Source: Lama guanicoe (taxonomy: Eukaryota). From it: a stretch of 64,000 nt of DNA. The DNA lies in assembly GCA_013239625.1 (NCBI GenBank), contig MU053304.1, forward strand, positions 1,984,001-2,048,000. The letters run 5' to 3'. The notes below the pieces were generated by a model. That model saw nothing but the letters and a program-made list of their open reading frames with translations. It had not been told where the DNA came from and made no database searches. The position numbers and the translations under genes are program-made. The stretch's first letter is position 1. Each line of letters opens with the position of its first letter. Positions 37,849 through 50,609 of this stretch are shown here, in pieces.

Positions 37849-38416
37849 CCTCCCATTTTCTGACAGTATTCCTTTCAGCTGAAATGTTGTTCCCATGGGC
37901 CAAGAAAGCTGCCTCAGAGATGTGGGGGAAATTGTGTTCACTAATCTGAATTTAGGCTTATTTCTTCTCATTCTGATTAAGTATATGTGACTTCCAGTCA
38001 CACAATGAGAAATTATAAATGTTTGCCCCTTCTATACCCCTGTTACCTTCCCTCATTTTAGCCTTCCTTTTTGAATCTGGCTTCTGCTGTCAGTTTGGAA
38101 TTTCTCTGCGTTGCTTTCTTCTCTTAAGCAAATCCCAAGAGGGGTGTAATTTCACTGAGTCTACATGACATCTGTGGCTGGCAGATTATTTAACTGTGTG
38201 TTTCACTCTTGGTTGATTTACATGCCTGTGACTGGTGCGCGTTCTGACTATGTGTTTTACGGTTGGTGTATTGATATGCCAAGGGGAGGCCATGGCTATT
38301 AAAAGATATTACTGTGTTATATGCAGCCCTTGCCATAGGTGACTGTTCCCATTTCCCTGCGTGTTTGAGAATCAGAAGTTGGTGGGAGACGCTGTGCACG
38401 TTGCTGTTTTATAGCT

Positions 38417-38605
38417 CAGATATTCTCAAACCTCAGTGTGCGTCAAAATCAGGCAGAGGGCTTATTAAATCTCAGAGTTCTGGGTTCCACCCACAGAGTT
38501 TCTGATCCAGTAGGTCTTGCGTGGGGCCTGAAAACTCACATTTCCACTAATTTCCCGGGTGATGCTTATGCTGTTGATCTGGGGACTATACTGTGGGAAT
38601 CACTG
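38417..38605 (+). mobile_element. MER5A DNA transposon
   Basis: ttctcaaacctcagtgtgcgtcaaaatca…cagagtttctgatccagtaggtct…ggtgatgcttatgctgttgatctggggactatactgtgggaatcactg. Confidence 0.8.
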
Positions 38606-39838
38606 GTATATGAACACAGACACAAACCCTTTTGAGGGCACACAGCTCAGAAGTATGTATCGTGATCACTCGGTGAGTGGCAAGTTAAAGCCAAATTTAC
38701 CCAATAGTTTGTGAAATAAATGAAAAGGAATGACATATTTAAAGAACTTCCCTGTACTTTAACCTTTTAAGATTCGTCTTTGCTAATATACATACTTGCA
38801 TGAAAACAGTCATTTAGGTTTTGTTTTCTCTCCAAAGTGCCTGTTAGAACCTTAATCTTTGATTTTTGCCCTGTCATCCAGCTGTTGCCTGTGCTGGGCC
38901 CTGTGTCCATCTTGAGGTGATCATTCTTTACTGAAAATCTCTGGAAGGTGAGGGCTTTATGCCTACCTCTTGTTTTCCAAATCTCCTTGTCCTCCTCCTC
39001 ACCTCAACTACAGACCAAGCCATTTTTACATGAATAGAAACATCCTAGAAAATCAAATGAGGTTGTAGGATTTTTTTCATTAAAATATTTTATGTATTGT
39101 TTATAAGTAAACACATACCACAATAATCTTTAAAATCAGGTTGAAGCTACTGTCTTGCCATTAGACTCAATCTTGAATCTTGATGCTTTAGTCCTGGTGC
39201 TACAAGCATTTGCATTTAAAAAATAATTTTTATAGAGAATTAGTAAGAAAAATCGGTTACTTTGTATGGATAATTTTAACTGCAGCTACTATATGTTTAG
39301 AGAACATATCAGTGTGAATTTGTAGACTACAAAGAAATCCAGGAATATTAAGCTTTAATATTAAAGGAAACAATATTTCTTCTTTAAATATTTGCTTCCT
39401 CTTGTGCCCTACATTTCCCTTTTGTAAAACACATTTTTACATCGCTTCCTTTTTGTTAAACTGCTGAGCAACATTTTTTCTTTTAGCTGATAGAGATCAT
39501 AGGTGGAATCCACCCTCTAGTGGCCAAAAGCATCATGAAGAAAAAGACATAAGGCTAAAAAATTAGAAAGGGCTTGATTTTTTTCATGTGACTAGTTTGT
39601 GACCTAGTTCTGAAGGCAAATCCACGAGGAAACTTCTAGAAATGTTTGGATCCACGTAGTTAAAAAAATTCTCAAGATGATGGACAAGTTTAAGGGTAAA
39701 ATGTCTTTAGGGATGCAAGGGCTTCTGTTTAAGAGTGTTTGCTGCTGTTCTCTGGACTTTTGAGGCCCTTCACAAGCAGAGTCCCAATTCAGCTGTGTCG
39801 TCTACAGTATAGTCTTTCATTTGTTCTTAAGTGGTTTT

Positions 39839-40065
39839 ATATATAAAGTATAGTCAGTTATAATGCGTCAATTTCTGGTGCACAGCGTAATGTTTCTGTC
39901 ATACATATACATACATATATACATTTTCATATTCTTTTTCATTATAGGCTACTACAAGATAGGAATACAGTTCCCTGTGCTATACGGAAGATTTTTTTAA
40001 TCTATTTTATTTATAGTTGTTAGTATTTGCAAATCTCAAACTCCCAATTTATCCCTTCCCACCCC
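39839..40065 (-). mobile_element. Lineage-specific L1 3' tip with TSD
   Basis: aagtatagtcagttataatg…caaactcccaatttatcccttcccacccc; flanked by cttaagtggtttt (39826-39838) and cttaaatggtttt (40066-40078). Confidence 0.85.
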
Positions 40066-41948
40066 CTTAAATGGTTTTTGAAGCAGAATGCTAACTACTT
40101 GTATGGACATAAGTCAGAGTAGGGGCTGGTTGGTTTTGTGCCATGTATTTCATATGCCCTTATTATGGTGTCTTAGGATGGCTGTTCCTCGTGTTTTTAA
40201 AAAGTCTCTTCTTCTAATAAGACTGGATTTTTCCTCTGTGAGAATTGCTTTCACCTCCTTCCCCTCCACCTAAAAAAAAATACCCTTAATAAAGTCAGAC
40301 TTTTCCTAATGTCACCAGTTCTAGGGTCAAGTGTTAGACACAGAGCACAGTTGTCATCTCCCTTGGTCATCAGCAACATGGTAACAAGGTTTGGGGTTGT
40401 GATACTGCAAACAAGGTACCCATAAAGCATCTCTATTACCCCTTCTTAGCTACTTACACAAGTAATGTATTTTCCATTGTGGAAAATTAGAAAACTTGAA
40501 TAGTCATATTTAAAATCCAAAAAAAGGAATCTCTCGATTTTCTCATCCAACAAAAGCCACTGTCATTTTTGGAATATATTTTTCCCGGGCATCTTTATTG
40601 ATATTTGTACAAATCAGACATTTGTAAGAAAAAAGGACAACGTCCTGTGTTTATGCGTGCAAAGGACATTTTACCCTATGATTGCGCTTTCCTGTGTGAG
40701 TAACCCAACTTACCCACCGTGACAGAGCATCTTGTATATTCACCAGCCTGTGCCCTGAAGAAAGACGAGAACAGACAGTTGCTAGAGAGAAAACACAGTT
40801 TGGGATCAAAGACTGAGCAGTGAGTCAAAGGTTTATTGTCAAACAGGAAACGGAATCGAGCACAGAGGTTAGTATCAGGGAATGAGGCTGATGAAGGGTA
40901 AATGAGTAGGTTGTTAAAAAGCCAAACAGGAAAAGAGTATGTTTCATATACAGGACAAGCCAGGTGTTTGCGCTCTTGGCTGGTGAGCGCTGGGCTGGCT
41001 GATCAGGCACCGTGGAAGTGCAGAGCTGGGCTGCTGGTGTTGTTACGGGAAGCGGTCTTTGCTGCCCATGTGACGCAATGATTCAGGATAATGGCGCCCT
41101 TCAGGGTCACGTGGCTCTGTCCTTTGCTGCATACTCAAGGCAGGGCATCTATTTCAGAATTAAAGTACCCCATGTTGTCTTTTAAAATCAGGTTTGCTTT
41201 GAGGTCCACAGTGGGGTGACCACATACCACATTTATTAGATTCTTACTATGTGCCACACACTGTGGTTGGCGCCTTCCTTGGGTTACTGACCTCATGTTC
41301 AGTGCCAAGGGCGTGTCCCCCTGAGGGTGCGGGGCAGCAGCCCCTCCTTTCATAAGTGACCTCTGGTGCCACAAATGCCCCTGGGTTACTTTGATGGCAT
41401 CGAGCAGTGATACCTGGATGGCCCGGAGCTCTCCGCCTATATACACTCTCAACGCTAGGGGTTACAGAAGAGTTTAGAGAAAAGAAAATGATGTCAAATA
41501 CATTTTATCTGAATAAAGGATAACTTGAGAAGCAAGAATTCTACAGTGTCCCATTGCTTCTAAACTCATTGCACGAACAGTCAGAGCTGGCTCGCCATAG
41601 TCCATTCTCTCAGAAGCCCAGGGAGGGAGGTGGAAATTTGTAGATGGCCCAATAACATAAATGTTAGGGAGGCTGGAGAATCTAAAGCTTTAACTTAGCC
41701 TCTGTCTGTAGTCCTTTCCTATGGAAGGTTTATAGGAACCACAACAGTGGAAACATGGACTGATTTGGGTCTTTTCACATCTGTTTTCCCTCTGGCCCAG
41801 GCGCCCTCGATCACAGACTGACTCCTCGGTTCTGCCCTCCGACCCTTGTTCTCGATGAATTCACTCTCACTCTTCACAACAATGGTTTCGAACCTACACA
41901 TCTTTAAATCTCCTCAAGTTGCAATCATGTTATAAAAAGGATCTAGGA

Positions 41949-42165
41949 CAGTGGTTCTCAAGAGGGGGGTTTATCCTCCAGGGGACATGTGGCAATATCC
42001 GGAGGTGTTTCTGTTTGTCACAGCTGGGGAGGGGTGGTGCTACAGGAAACTGCTGGGTAGAGGCCAGGGAGGCCGCTCAGCCTCCTAATGATACACAGGA
42101 CAGCTCCCGACCGTAAAGAATGACCTGATCCAAAATGCTGACAATGTCACGGTGGAGAAATCTTG
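41949..42165 (+). mobile_element. MER20 DNA transposon (full length)
   Basis: cagtggttctcaa…ccaggggacatgtggcaat…gggtagaggccaggga…ccaaaatgctgacaatgtcacggtggagaaatcttg. Confidence 0.85.
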
Positions 42166-42173
42166 ATTCTGGG

Positions 42174-42562
42174 TGTTTTGGACTGAGTTATTTCCCCCCC
42201 CCCCAGCAATTCAGATGCTGAAGCTCTAACCCTACAATGTAACTGTATTTGGAGATAGGGCCTTTAAAGAGGTAATTAAGGTTCAATGAGGTTATAAGAA
42301 TGGAGCTCTAATTCGATATGACTGATGTCGTTTGACCATATGAGATGAGGAAGAGACACCAGGGAGGCACATGCTCAGAGAAAAGACCATGGGAGGACAT
42401 AGTGGGAAGGTGGCCGCCTGCAAGCCAAGGACAGAGGCCTCAGGAGACACCAAACTTGCTGACACCTTGATCCAGGACTCCCAGCCCCCAGAACTGTAAG
42501 GGAATACATGTCTGTTGTTTGAGTCACCTGGTCTGCTAGGGCAGCCCTAGCAGACTGATAGG
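42174..42562 (+). mobile_element. MLT1A-like (ERVL-MaLR) solo LTR
   Basis: gtatttggagatagggcctttaaagaggtaattaagg…gaaggtggccgcctgcaagccaagg…gacaccttgatcc…ggcagccctagcagactgata. Confidence 0.85.
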
Positions 42563-44744
42563 CTAAGTGATGTATTTTGAGGACGACCTGGGAAAGTAGG
42601 AAGAACATATAGGGTTGACTGTGTGGCCTTAGCAAGTTTCTTTACTTCTCTGACTCTTAATTCCTCATCTTTAAATTTGGGCTAGTCATGCTCATCATTT
42701 TGGGTTGTCATGACAGTTAAACTCCTTGTGGATGGAGACCTTGCCGTTCACTTCTGCAGTCACAGTCTCTGGAAGCTTCCGGCACATCATAGACACATCC
42801 TGACGATGTGCTGGTTCAATTAGTGGTACTCTGGGTACTGATTCAACAGCTCTTACCTGAGCACGATTTCCATACCAGAGACGGCAGGTACAGCCGTGCG
42901 CTCTGCAGTCACAGCCTCTGCCTTCAGGCTTACATTCTAGGGGAGGAAGAGAAATACTCATCAGTAAATAACAAAGTTAATATGACTTCAGGTCGTTATA
43001 AGTGTTGTGATGGAAATCAATTGGCTATTGTAATGAGTAACTGGTGAGGGAAGCTTCTTTGGATAGTGTTTTTGGAAAATTGTCCAAAGAACTGATTTTT
43101 ATTTTGTTTTGTTTGCTGATACAGGGGTGTTTATGGGTGACTTAAATTCCCCAAGATCTATTGGTCGTATGAAGCGATATTCCAAAATGGCGACCAACTC
43201 TTAGTACAGTCTTCTCTTACTTTACCTAGAGTATCAAGTACATATATGTGTCAGAATATATGTGTTCCAGGAAGACTCAGTATATCTTAGAAACTGTGGT
43301 ACATGTAAAGCAGTTAGGTTCTAGGCCTGGAAAGCTGTAAACAGGGTTTTCACCTGCGTGAATGTCCAGTGGGCTGGTCCAGAGCTGTGAAGGATGCCAG
43401 GCCATTGTTTGTCGTGCAGGGGAATCTCAGACATTGTGAGATGTTTAATATCTCTGGCCCCCACCCACCAAATTCTACTAGAGTCCTCCAATCATTGTGA
43501 TAAGCAACCCCTCCCCCTCCCACTCCCCAGTTTTCAAAATACCCTCTAAAGGGTTAACCAACCCCCGTCGGTTTCCTGTCCTCTCTTGGCTTCCATGACT
43601 GCACTGCTTGGGATTTCCCTCCACCTTCCCCCATCCCTGCCCAGGGTCCTGATCTGGCTGCTTGCTCTCCACCTGCCCATCCAGGTAGATCCGACCTTGG
43701 TTGCTTCTTTTTTCCTCTCCACGTTCTTCTTTGATGAAAACTGCAGCATCGCTTTTAGGCACCTAATTCCCAAAGTGCTGTTTCTATGCTATTCAAGCCT
43801 GTTTTTCCAACTGCCACGTGTACATGACTAAGCAAGCCACAAGTTAAACATGTTCAAATTCTAACTGGTCAGGTTCCTCTAAACCCTGTGATTCCTTTGG
43901 TCATACCTGTTGTATTAACAGCAGCATCATCCTCTCCCCCAGCCTAGACATGGCTGCCGTCTTCACCTCTTTTTCTCATTTCTCACATCCAGCTGGTTGC
44001 TGTGTTCTCTCAAATCTAGGGAAGTGCTTGGAGTAAATATTCAAGATCAAGTCATGCAAAGATCAGAGCGCTGGTGAAGATCAGCTGGAAGGGGCCACTC
44101 CAATCCTACCCTTCTGATCTCCAGCTTTATTTAAGAAAAATTTTTTGGACTTAGCTTAATTTTTCTAGACCCTGGGCACACTGCCCTGAGCTAATTTGTT
44201 TGCCCGAATTAATTACCAGCAGGGGGTGGCAGTCTCATGTTCACAGAAGCCTTCTGCTTTGGAAGAGATGCATTTTTCTTCAAACAGTCCAATTTAAGTT
44301 CTTTGGCAGGTGTAAAGGGTGTCTTGACATTTCCATAGACATTTAAATGTTACCATCTCTTAAGAAAACAATTTTAGAATATGAAGCCTTTTATTTTTTT
44401 CCCCCCAAGGAAGAAAAACATCACCAGCTTAATTATCTCTGTAAAATAACTTCCTTGTTTGCTTTTCACGTGGCTAGTGGAAGAAGATAATGATATTGTT
44501 TTCAAAAAACAAAAACAATTATGGAAGATTTCCAGAATTTGCTTTTGATTTTTGTCTGTATCGATAACACCACAGTTCCAAGGTCAGAGATGCTGGTAGG
44601 GTTATATATCATCCTCCCAGGTTGATTTTTGAAAGCTCTGCTGGGAGGGCAAATACTTCTGAAAAGATGCTGCTGGTGATCATTGCTCCACACTGAGAAG
44701 AAGCCAAAAGCCAAGAGACTTCACTCTACATATATATTTCAAAA

Positions 44745-45533
44745 ATTGTGATAAAAATCATATAACATGAAATATACTCTGTTAATAAATTTTAAGTGGA
44801 CAGTACAGTATCTCTAACAATATGCCCATTGTCATACAGTGGGTCTCTGGAACGTCTTCATTTGGCATAACTGAAACTCTCTATCCATTGAACGGAAACT
44901 CTCCATCTCCTCCACTCCTGAAGCCACCATTCTATTCTGCTCCTATGAGTCTGACTGCTTCAGATACGTCACATAAGTGGAATTGCAAAGTATTTGTCCT
45001 TCTGTGATGGGCTTATTTCACTCAGCTCATGGCCTCAAGGTTCATCCATGTTATAGCATGTGACAGGATTTCCTTCTTTCTAAAGACTGAGTAATATTCC
45101 ATTGTATGTGTAAATCATATCACAACTTCTTTATCCACTCATCTGCTGGTGGCCCTTTCCATTATTTCTACCTCTTGGCTATTGTGCATCATGCCACAGT
45201 AAACATGGGAATGCCGGTATCTCTGCAAGGTCTTATTTCACATTCTCTTGGATCCCAGATCTCTATAATCCCAGAAGTGGGATTATAGATCGTATGATAA
45301 TTCTATTTTTAGTTTTTGAGGAATCTCTGTGCTTTTTTTCCCGCAGCAACTAGAACCTTGTGCATTCCCACTAATAGTATATGAGGGTGCCAATTTTTCC
45401 ATTTCCTCGACAACACTTGTTATTTAAAAAAAAATAATAGCCATCTGAACAGGTGTGAAGTGATAATTTTGATTTGCATTTCCCTGATGATTAGTGATGC
45501 TGAACATCTTTTTGTGTACCTGTTGACCATTTA
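44745..45533 (-). mobile_element. L1MA/MB-like 3' end including the ORF2 C-terminal region
   Basis: Typical antisense L1 text (cttatttcactcagc…ggttcatccatgtt…gatttgcatttccctgatgattagtgatgctgaacatc). Confidence 0.85.
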
Positions 45534-45840
45534 TATTATCTTGCACCATTCACAGAAAACAACACAACTGAAGACTTAAACCCAAAATCTGAAACTAAAA
45601 ATCTTCTGAAAGGAGACATAAGGGAAAACCTTCATAACATCGATCTTGGCAATGATTTCTGAGATATGACACCAAAAGCATAGGCAACAAAAGCAAAAGT
45701 AAAGTGGGACTATATCAAACCAAAAGCTTCTGCACAGCAAAGGAAGTGCTCAACAGAGTAAAAGGCAACCTTCAGGATGGGGGAAAATGTTTGCAAACCA
45801 TGTTTTTGATAAGCAGTTAATATCCAAAACTCCTGTAAAA
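45534..45840 (+). mobile_element. L1 ORF2 fragment in the opposite orientation (inverted 5' segment of the preceding L1)
   Basis: Sense L1 ORF2 text: cttggcaatgatttc…atgacaccaaaagcataggcaacaaaagcaaaa…gcttctgcacagcaaagga…tttgcaaaccatg…ttaatatccaaaa. Confidence 0.85.
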
Positions 45841-45863
45841 AATATTTTCTGCTGAATTTAGAC

Positions 45864-46079
45864 CAGGAGTCAGCAAACTTGTTCTGTAATGGGTCAGATA
45901 GGAAAGATTTTGGACTCTTCAAGTCATATGGTCTCTATTGCAACAATCTACTGTCATAGTACAAAAGTAGCCGTACATAGTACATAAATGGATGAGTGTG
46001 GTTGTGTCCCAATAAAACTTTATTTATAAAAGTAGACTGGGATGGATTTAGCCTGTGGACCACAGTTTGGTGATACCTG
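45864..46079 (+). mobile_element. MER58A DNA transposon
   Basis: caggagtcagcaaacttgttctgtaatgggtcagatag…ccaataaaactttatttataaaa…tggaccacagtttggtgatacctg. Confidence 0.85.
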
Positions 46080-46087
46080 ATCTTGAG

Positions 46088-46294
46088 CAAGATTTCTCCA
46101 CCTGACTGTATTAACATTTTAGAGGGTAGGTTTTTTGTTGTGGGGAGCTATTCTGTGCGTTGTAGGATATTTCACAGCACTAAATGCTGGGAGCAACCAC
46201 TTCTCCTCCACCATAATTGTGATAACCCAAAATGTCTCCAAACATTGCCAGATATCTTCTAGGGGGCAAACTTGCTGTTAGCTGAGAACCTCTG
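46088..46294 (-). mobile_element. MER20 DNA transposon
   Basis: ttgttgtggggagctattctgtgcgttgtaggatattt…ccaaaatgtctccaaacattgccagat…gggggcaaa…tgagaacctctg. Confidence 0.8.
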
Positions 46295-47587
46295 ATCTAG
46301 ATGACTGAAATAATCTGATGAAGGGTGATAGGGAATATTTCCATAAAACTAGAAAAAGGATGAAGAATTGAAATCCCCAGTGTATTTGTCTTGGGATGGT
46401 CAAGGTCCCCTCCGAGGGGCTACTATCCCTGCCTCAACGTGGAAAGCAGTTCAGAAACAACTGAAATGGCAACATGCTTGAAAAGTGCTCTGTGAATAAT
46501 GCAAATATGAGCTTAACCTACTTTTGTGATAGGCACCAGAAACAGAACAGTTCAACACATTAGCATGTCCTAATGGGACTTTCTGAGCTGGAGAGCTGGC
46601 TCTGGGCTGGACAGGCTGGCTCTGAGCTGAAAAGGCTGGAAAAGAGCAAGTAGTTCCAGTTCCCACTTGAGCAAACGTTTATTTTTTCTGCTTATCTAAA
46701 TTCAGAACCAACACAGGCAGGGTGAGTTCTGAGAGCGCTCACATGTTTCTCATTGTTTGGACAGGGCCAGACAAAAATGGCCCAGTTTCCCTGCAAATTG
46801 GCAGTAACACATGTTTTTGAAAGTTAGAAACAGCCTAACATTCGTGCGTGCATCTCAAAGAATGTTGTCTTCTTGTCCTTTAGAATAAACACCTGTTTTG
46901 CAAAAAGGAGAGCAGACGCCATCTTTGTTGAGCAGTTGTTGGTTTCTCTTGCTTCATTGCTTTCGTTATATTTTTAATAATTAAAAAGTTTAAGCACATT
47001 TAAAAATATTATGATTTAGATAATTGTCATTTTAAATAAACAAACAAAAAAACTGCACATTTCATCAAGAATTTCAGATAAACCTTTTTAGCTGAGTTTC
47101 TTTTCTGACTTGAAAAACAAAGGAAATCATTGATCCTTTCCTTCTTTGATAAAATTCTCTCTAGTTAGATGTATTTTTCTAGTGGATTGGAGGGGATATG
47201 GGGTCCACATCCTTGAAAGGAGCTGTTCCTGCCATGCTGTAAGTCCTGTTTCTATTGCTGTCTCCTGTGACCACAGCAGATGCACTCAGTAACTCACGTC
47301 TCCCAGTCCCCAGTACCACTGGACATGACATCATAATGGGACCGCCTGGTGGATCAGTGAGGTCACTTCTTTTATACTTGGGATCATGAAAAGGGGTGAT
47401 AAGAACAGATTGTTCATAACCTTCCTGGAAGTGCACATTTCAGTGTACCCCAAGAGACCCATCTCCTTCAATCCCGTCTGTCTGGGCGTTATTTTCCAGT
47501 GAATACCCAGCTGCTTCCTTGCAGGCTGGTCCAGTGTGGGTTTAAATGGTACCAGTCTGACCGCAGACCTCTGTCTCTGTCCCTCAG

Positions 47588-47710
47588 GCTACCATGGCCT
47601 CTACTGCGAGGAGGAATACAACGAGTGCCTCTCCGCCCCGTGCCTGAACGCTGCCACCTGCAGGGACCTCGTCAATGGCTACGAGTGCGTGTGCCTGGCG
47701 GAGTACAAAG
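47588..47710 (+). CDS. DNER: DNER internal coding exon (probably exon 9), calcium-binding-type EGF repeat; (G)YHGLYCEEEYNECLSAPCLNAATCRDLVNGYECVCLAEYK(G)
   Basis: Acceptor ctctgtccctcAG ends at 47587; donor AAAG|GTGAGC starts at 47711; 123 nt, phase 1-1; contains NEC and the C-x-D-x4-Y-x-C hydroxylation motif. Confidence 0.97.
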
Positions 47711-49089
47711 GTGAGCACCCCCGGGCCGTCTGGTGCCGGATTGGCTCTGAATGACGTCATGGATTTCTCAGCCTCTGATTGGAGCATGAAACTGTTTAGC
47801 ATAAGAATCAAACGCTGGCAGTGGGATGATTTATGGGGCCGAGGAGAACAGTTTGCAAGTCTCAGGTTTCCTCTCTATGAACTGAAAAAAAGTCTCTCTC
47901 CTGCCTTTCCTTCTTCTCGTATCCTCACTCTCTTCTCCGTCGAATGTGTAAAAAGCTGGCGATAGAAGGTGATTTTAAGCGGACTGTCAGACACAGTGGG
48001 AGGACACGGCCATGGGGGAGGAAGGTGTCTGCTCTGTGGCGCTTGCTGGGCGAGGAGAGGATGCTGTGCTTTTTGGTGGAGGAGGCAGGTGGAGTCTCAC
48101 ATGTTGGCCAGAGAGTTAATTGTCATTAAATGAGTCATTAAACGGGAGGGAAATGTGAGTTCATTTGAGTGGACATGTGTCAAAGTCACTCTGGGGAAAG
48201 AGCCGACATGGAAGGAGTATTTACAATGTTCAGACCCTGTTCTAAGACCTTATGTGCATGAACTAATGCAAAAGGCCTCACGATAACCCAAGGGGCAGCG
48301 TGTTAGCCTTCGGGAGCCCGGCCAGCGTGGTCTGGAAAGCCCTTCCGTCTGCCTCCCCAGCAGGCTCATTGGTGTGACTTCACTGGAGCCCCGACCCCCT
48401 CAGATGGCACTAGGCCAGAGAGCCTGTTCCTAAGCCAAGACTTCAGGGCTGGGTTTAGATTTTTGTAATACTTCTGAGGACTCTATTTATAGCCATTTCA
48501 CTTAACCTCTTGCTCTCACCACCACTTACTTGATACCATCCATCTGCTGGTGACCTCATGTTGTAGCCGACATTGCTTCTCTTTGGATGGACCCACGTTT
48601 ATTTAGAGACCTTTCTGGTGAGCCTCGAGGTTTTGCAGGGCACACAGATAAACTTAATCTAGGCCCTGGATGGAAGGGCTGAGGCTGGGCCAGGTCTTTG
48701 CTTTTGTTCAGCAGATCTGTCGCTTCTCATGGAGTAGGATGTCCATTTAGATAGAGCTGAACTCCACCAGCTCCCACAAGGATGGATGTGCTGGCTTCAC
48801 CACATGGATTTCAGTTCTAGGCTGATCAGGGCATTGAGAAATAGGGAGTCTGCTAAGTCGGGAAAGAAGAATAAAGGAACAATGACTTAGGAGACCTAAG
48901 TAGTCATCCTGATAGTGCCACTAGCTTATAGAAGACCCTGGATGAAACTCTTCAACTGACCTGTCTTTATTTTGTCTGTTTAAAGAAAGGGCAGTCATGC
49001 TTATGAAGAGATTTTGAGATTCTTCAATGACAGAATGAATAGTGGTAGATATGCTTCAAAAATTTAAATTCTATTTAAATTTAAATAAT

Positions 49090-49152
49090 GGAATCACTCT
49101 GCTGTACATCAGAAATTAATGCAATGTTATAAACAGATTATACTGCAGTTAA
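49090..49152 (+). mobile_element. Very short L1 3' tip
   Basis: gaatcactctgctgtacatcagaaattaatgcaatgttataaacagattatactgcagtt matches the end of the L1 at 56451-56510. Confidence 0.65.
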
Positions 49153-49611
49153 AGAATTCATTCCAAGATTCTTTAGTTTATGATGGATCTTATGAAGTCA
49201 ATTTCGCCTTGATAAATGACAAAATTATTAATGAGGTAAGCTCTGAATATGCCTCTTACGTTCCTGTCTTTGGTCACCCTTGGTCATGTGATCGTGACCA
49301 AGAAATAGGAAATGAAATTGTATATGATGACCCACTAGTGACGCCACAAATTCATGGACTGTGATCCCAGCCTTTTCACCTTCTTCCTCCATTTTTCTCA
49401 GTGGGTATTCCCAAATTTTGCCACTTCTCTCAAGCCCTGTATTAAATCACTCACTTGTAGACTGTAACTGGCTTTACTTCCATCTTCATGGAATGAAAGA
49501 GAGGTTATCATTTGCAAACATTTTCAAATTTATCGAATTTTCCACATCCCACGGCAGTGGTTCTCAAACTTGAGTATGCGTCAGAGTCTGCAGGTAGGCT
49601 TGTTAAAACAG

Positions 49612-50560
49612 TCAAGGAGGGAGAAAAATCTAGGAAGTAAAAACAAAACTGCAACAAAAGCCAACAACTCTAAGCACTCAAGAGGGAAAGTGAAAAAATA
49701 ATATATACTACTCAAAATTGAGTTTCGATCTGGAAAAGCAAAAGGTGAAACTATGTTGTGATAAAGGTAAAAATATGAGGAAATGGAAACTGAGTGAAAA
49801 GACACAAAATGTGGAGAAAAGATCCAAGAGATACGTTTCATCCAAATGATGGACGGTGGGGAAGAGAAAGGAACACGTGAAAATAAAATCAGGATCAACT
49901 AGCTACTAGAAGGAGAAGTCTATGAGATGAAGATTGAAGTTTTCAAGTAGAATGGGCTTACAGAAGGCCAGGGGACTGAAGAAGAAGAGGAGACACAGTC
50001 TGAGATTTCCTGGTAGAATTTCCAAATTCTAGCAAGAATGCAGAGAATATTTTTTACAAGATTCTTTTTTTTAAATTAGATTTATTTATTTATCTTTTTT
50101 TTTTTTTAATGGAGGTACTGGGGATTGAACCTAGGACCTTGTACATGCTAAATACACACTCAACCACTGGGCTATACCTCCCCCTTAACAAGATTCTTCA
50201 TAGAGAGTTCAGGTTATACACAAAAAAAAGAATCCAATTAGCACTGAATTGCTCTTCTCTGTAATGAAGCTGAACAACAGTGAAGAGTGCTTTAGACTTT
50301 TCAGTGAACAACTCTGGTAGTTAAAGCTTCATTTGTATTGAAGAGCTGAAGAAAGACACTTTGAGCATTTAAAGATACAGGAAACATAACACCATGTGCC
50401 CTCTCTAGGAAACTTATTTTATAAAGTGTTTTCGTCAAATTGGAACTAAATCAGAACAAAAATAGCCAGATAGGGGAAGGTAGGGAAGAGGATGGAGAGG
50501 GTTAAGCAGGTGTCTTTAAGTGCAGGGATAAACCTAAATAGATGATAATTAATGTGGTTG
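49612..50560 (+). mobile_element. Ancient L1/HAL1-like ORF1-region remnant, interrupted by a SINE
   Basis: Long, strongly A/G-skewed degenerate tract typical of L1 or HAL1 ORF1; subfamily not resolved. Confidence 0.4.
50067..50185 (-). mobile_element. tRNA-derived SINE, camelid Vic-1-like, with TSD
   Basis: aatggaggtactggggattgaacctaggacc…gctatacctcccc; acaagattctt is duplicated at 50056-50066 and 50188-50198. Confidence 0.9.
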
Positions 50561-50609
50561 TGAATGCTGATTTAATGGTGAAGAAAACTATCTTGAAAAA
50601 GTAGGCATA

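Noticed and set aside
47499..47965. Additional ORFs overlapping the 123-nt exon
   Set aside because: Alternative-frame or antisense shadows of the real DNER exon.
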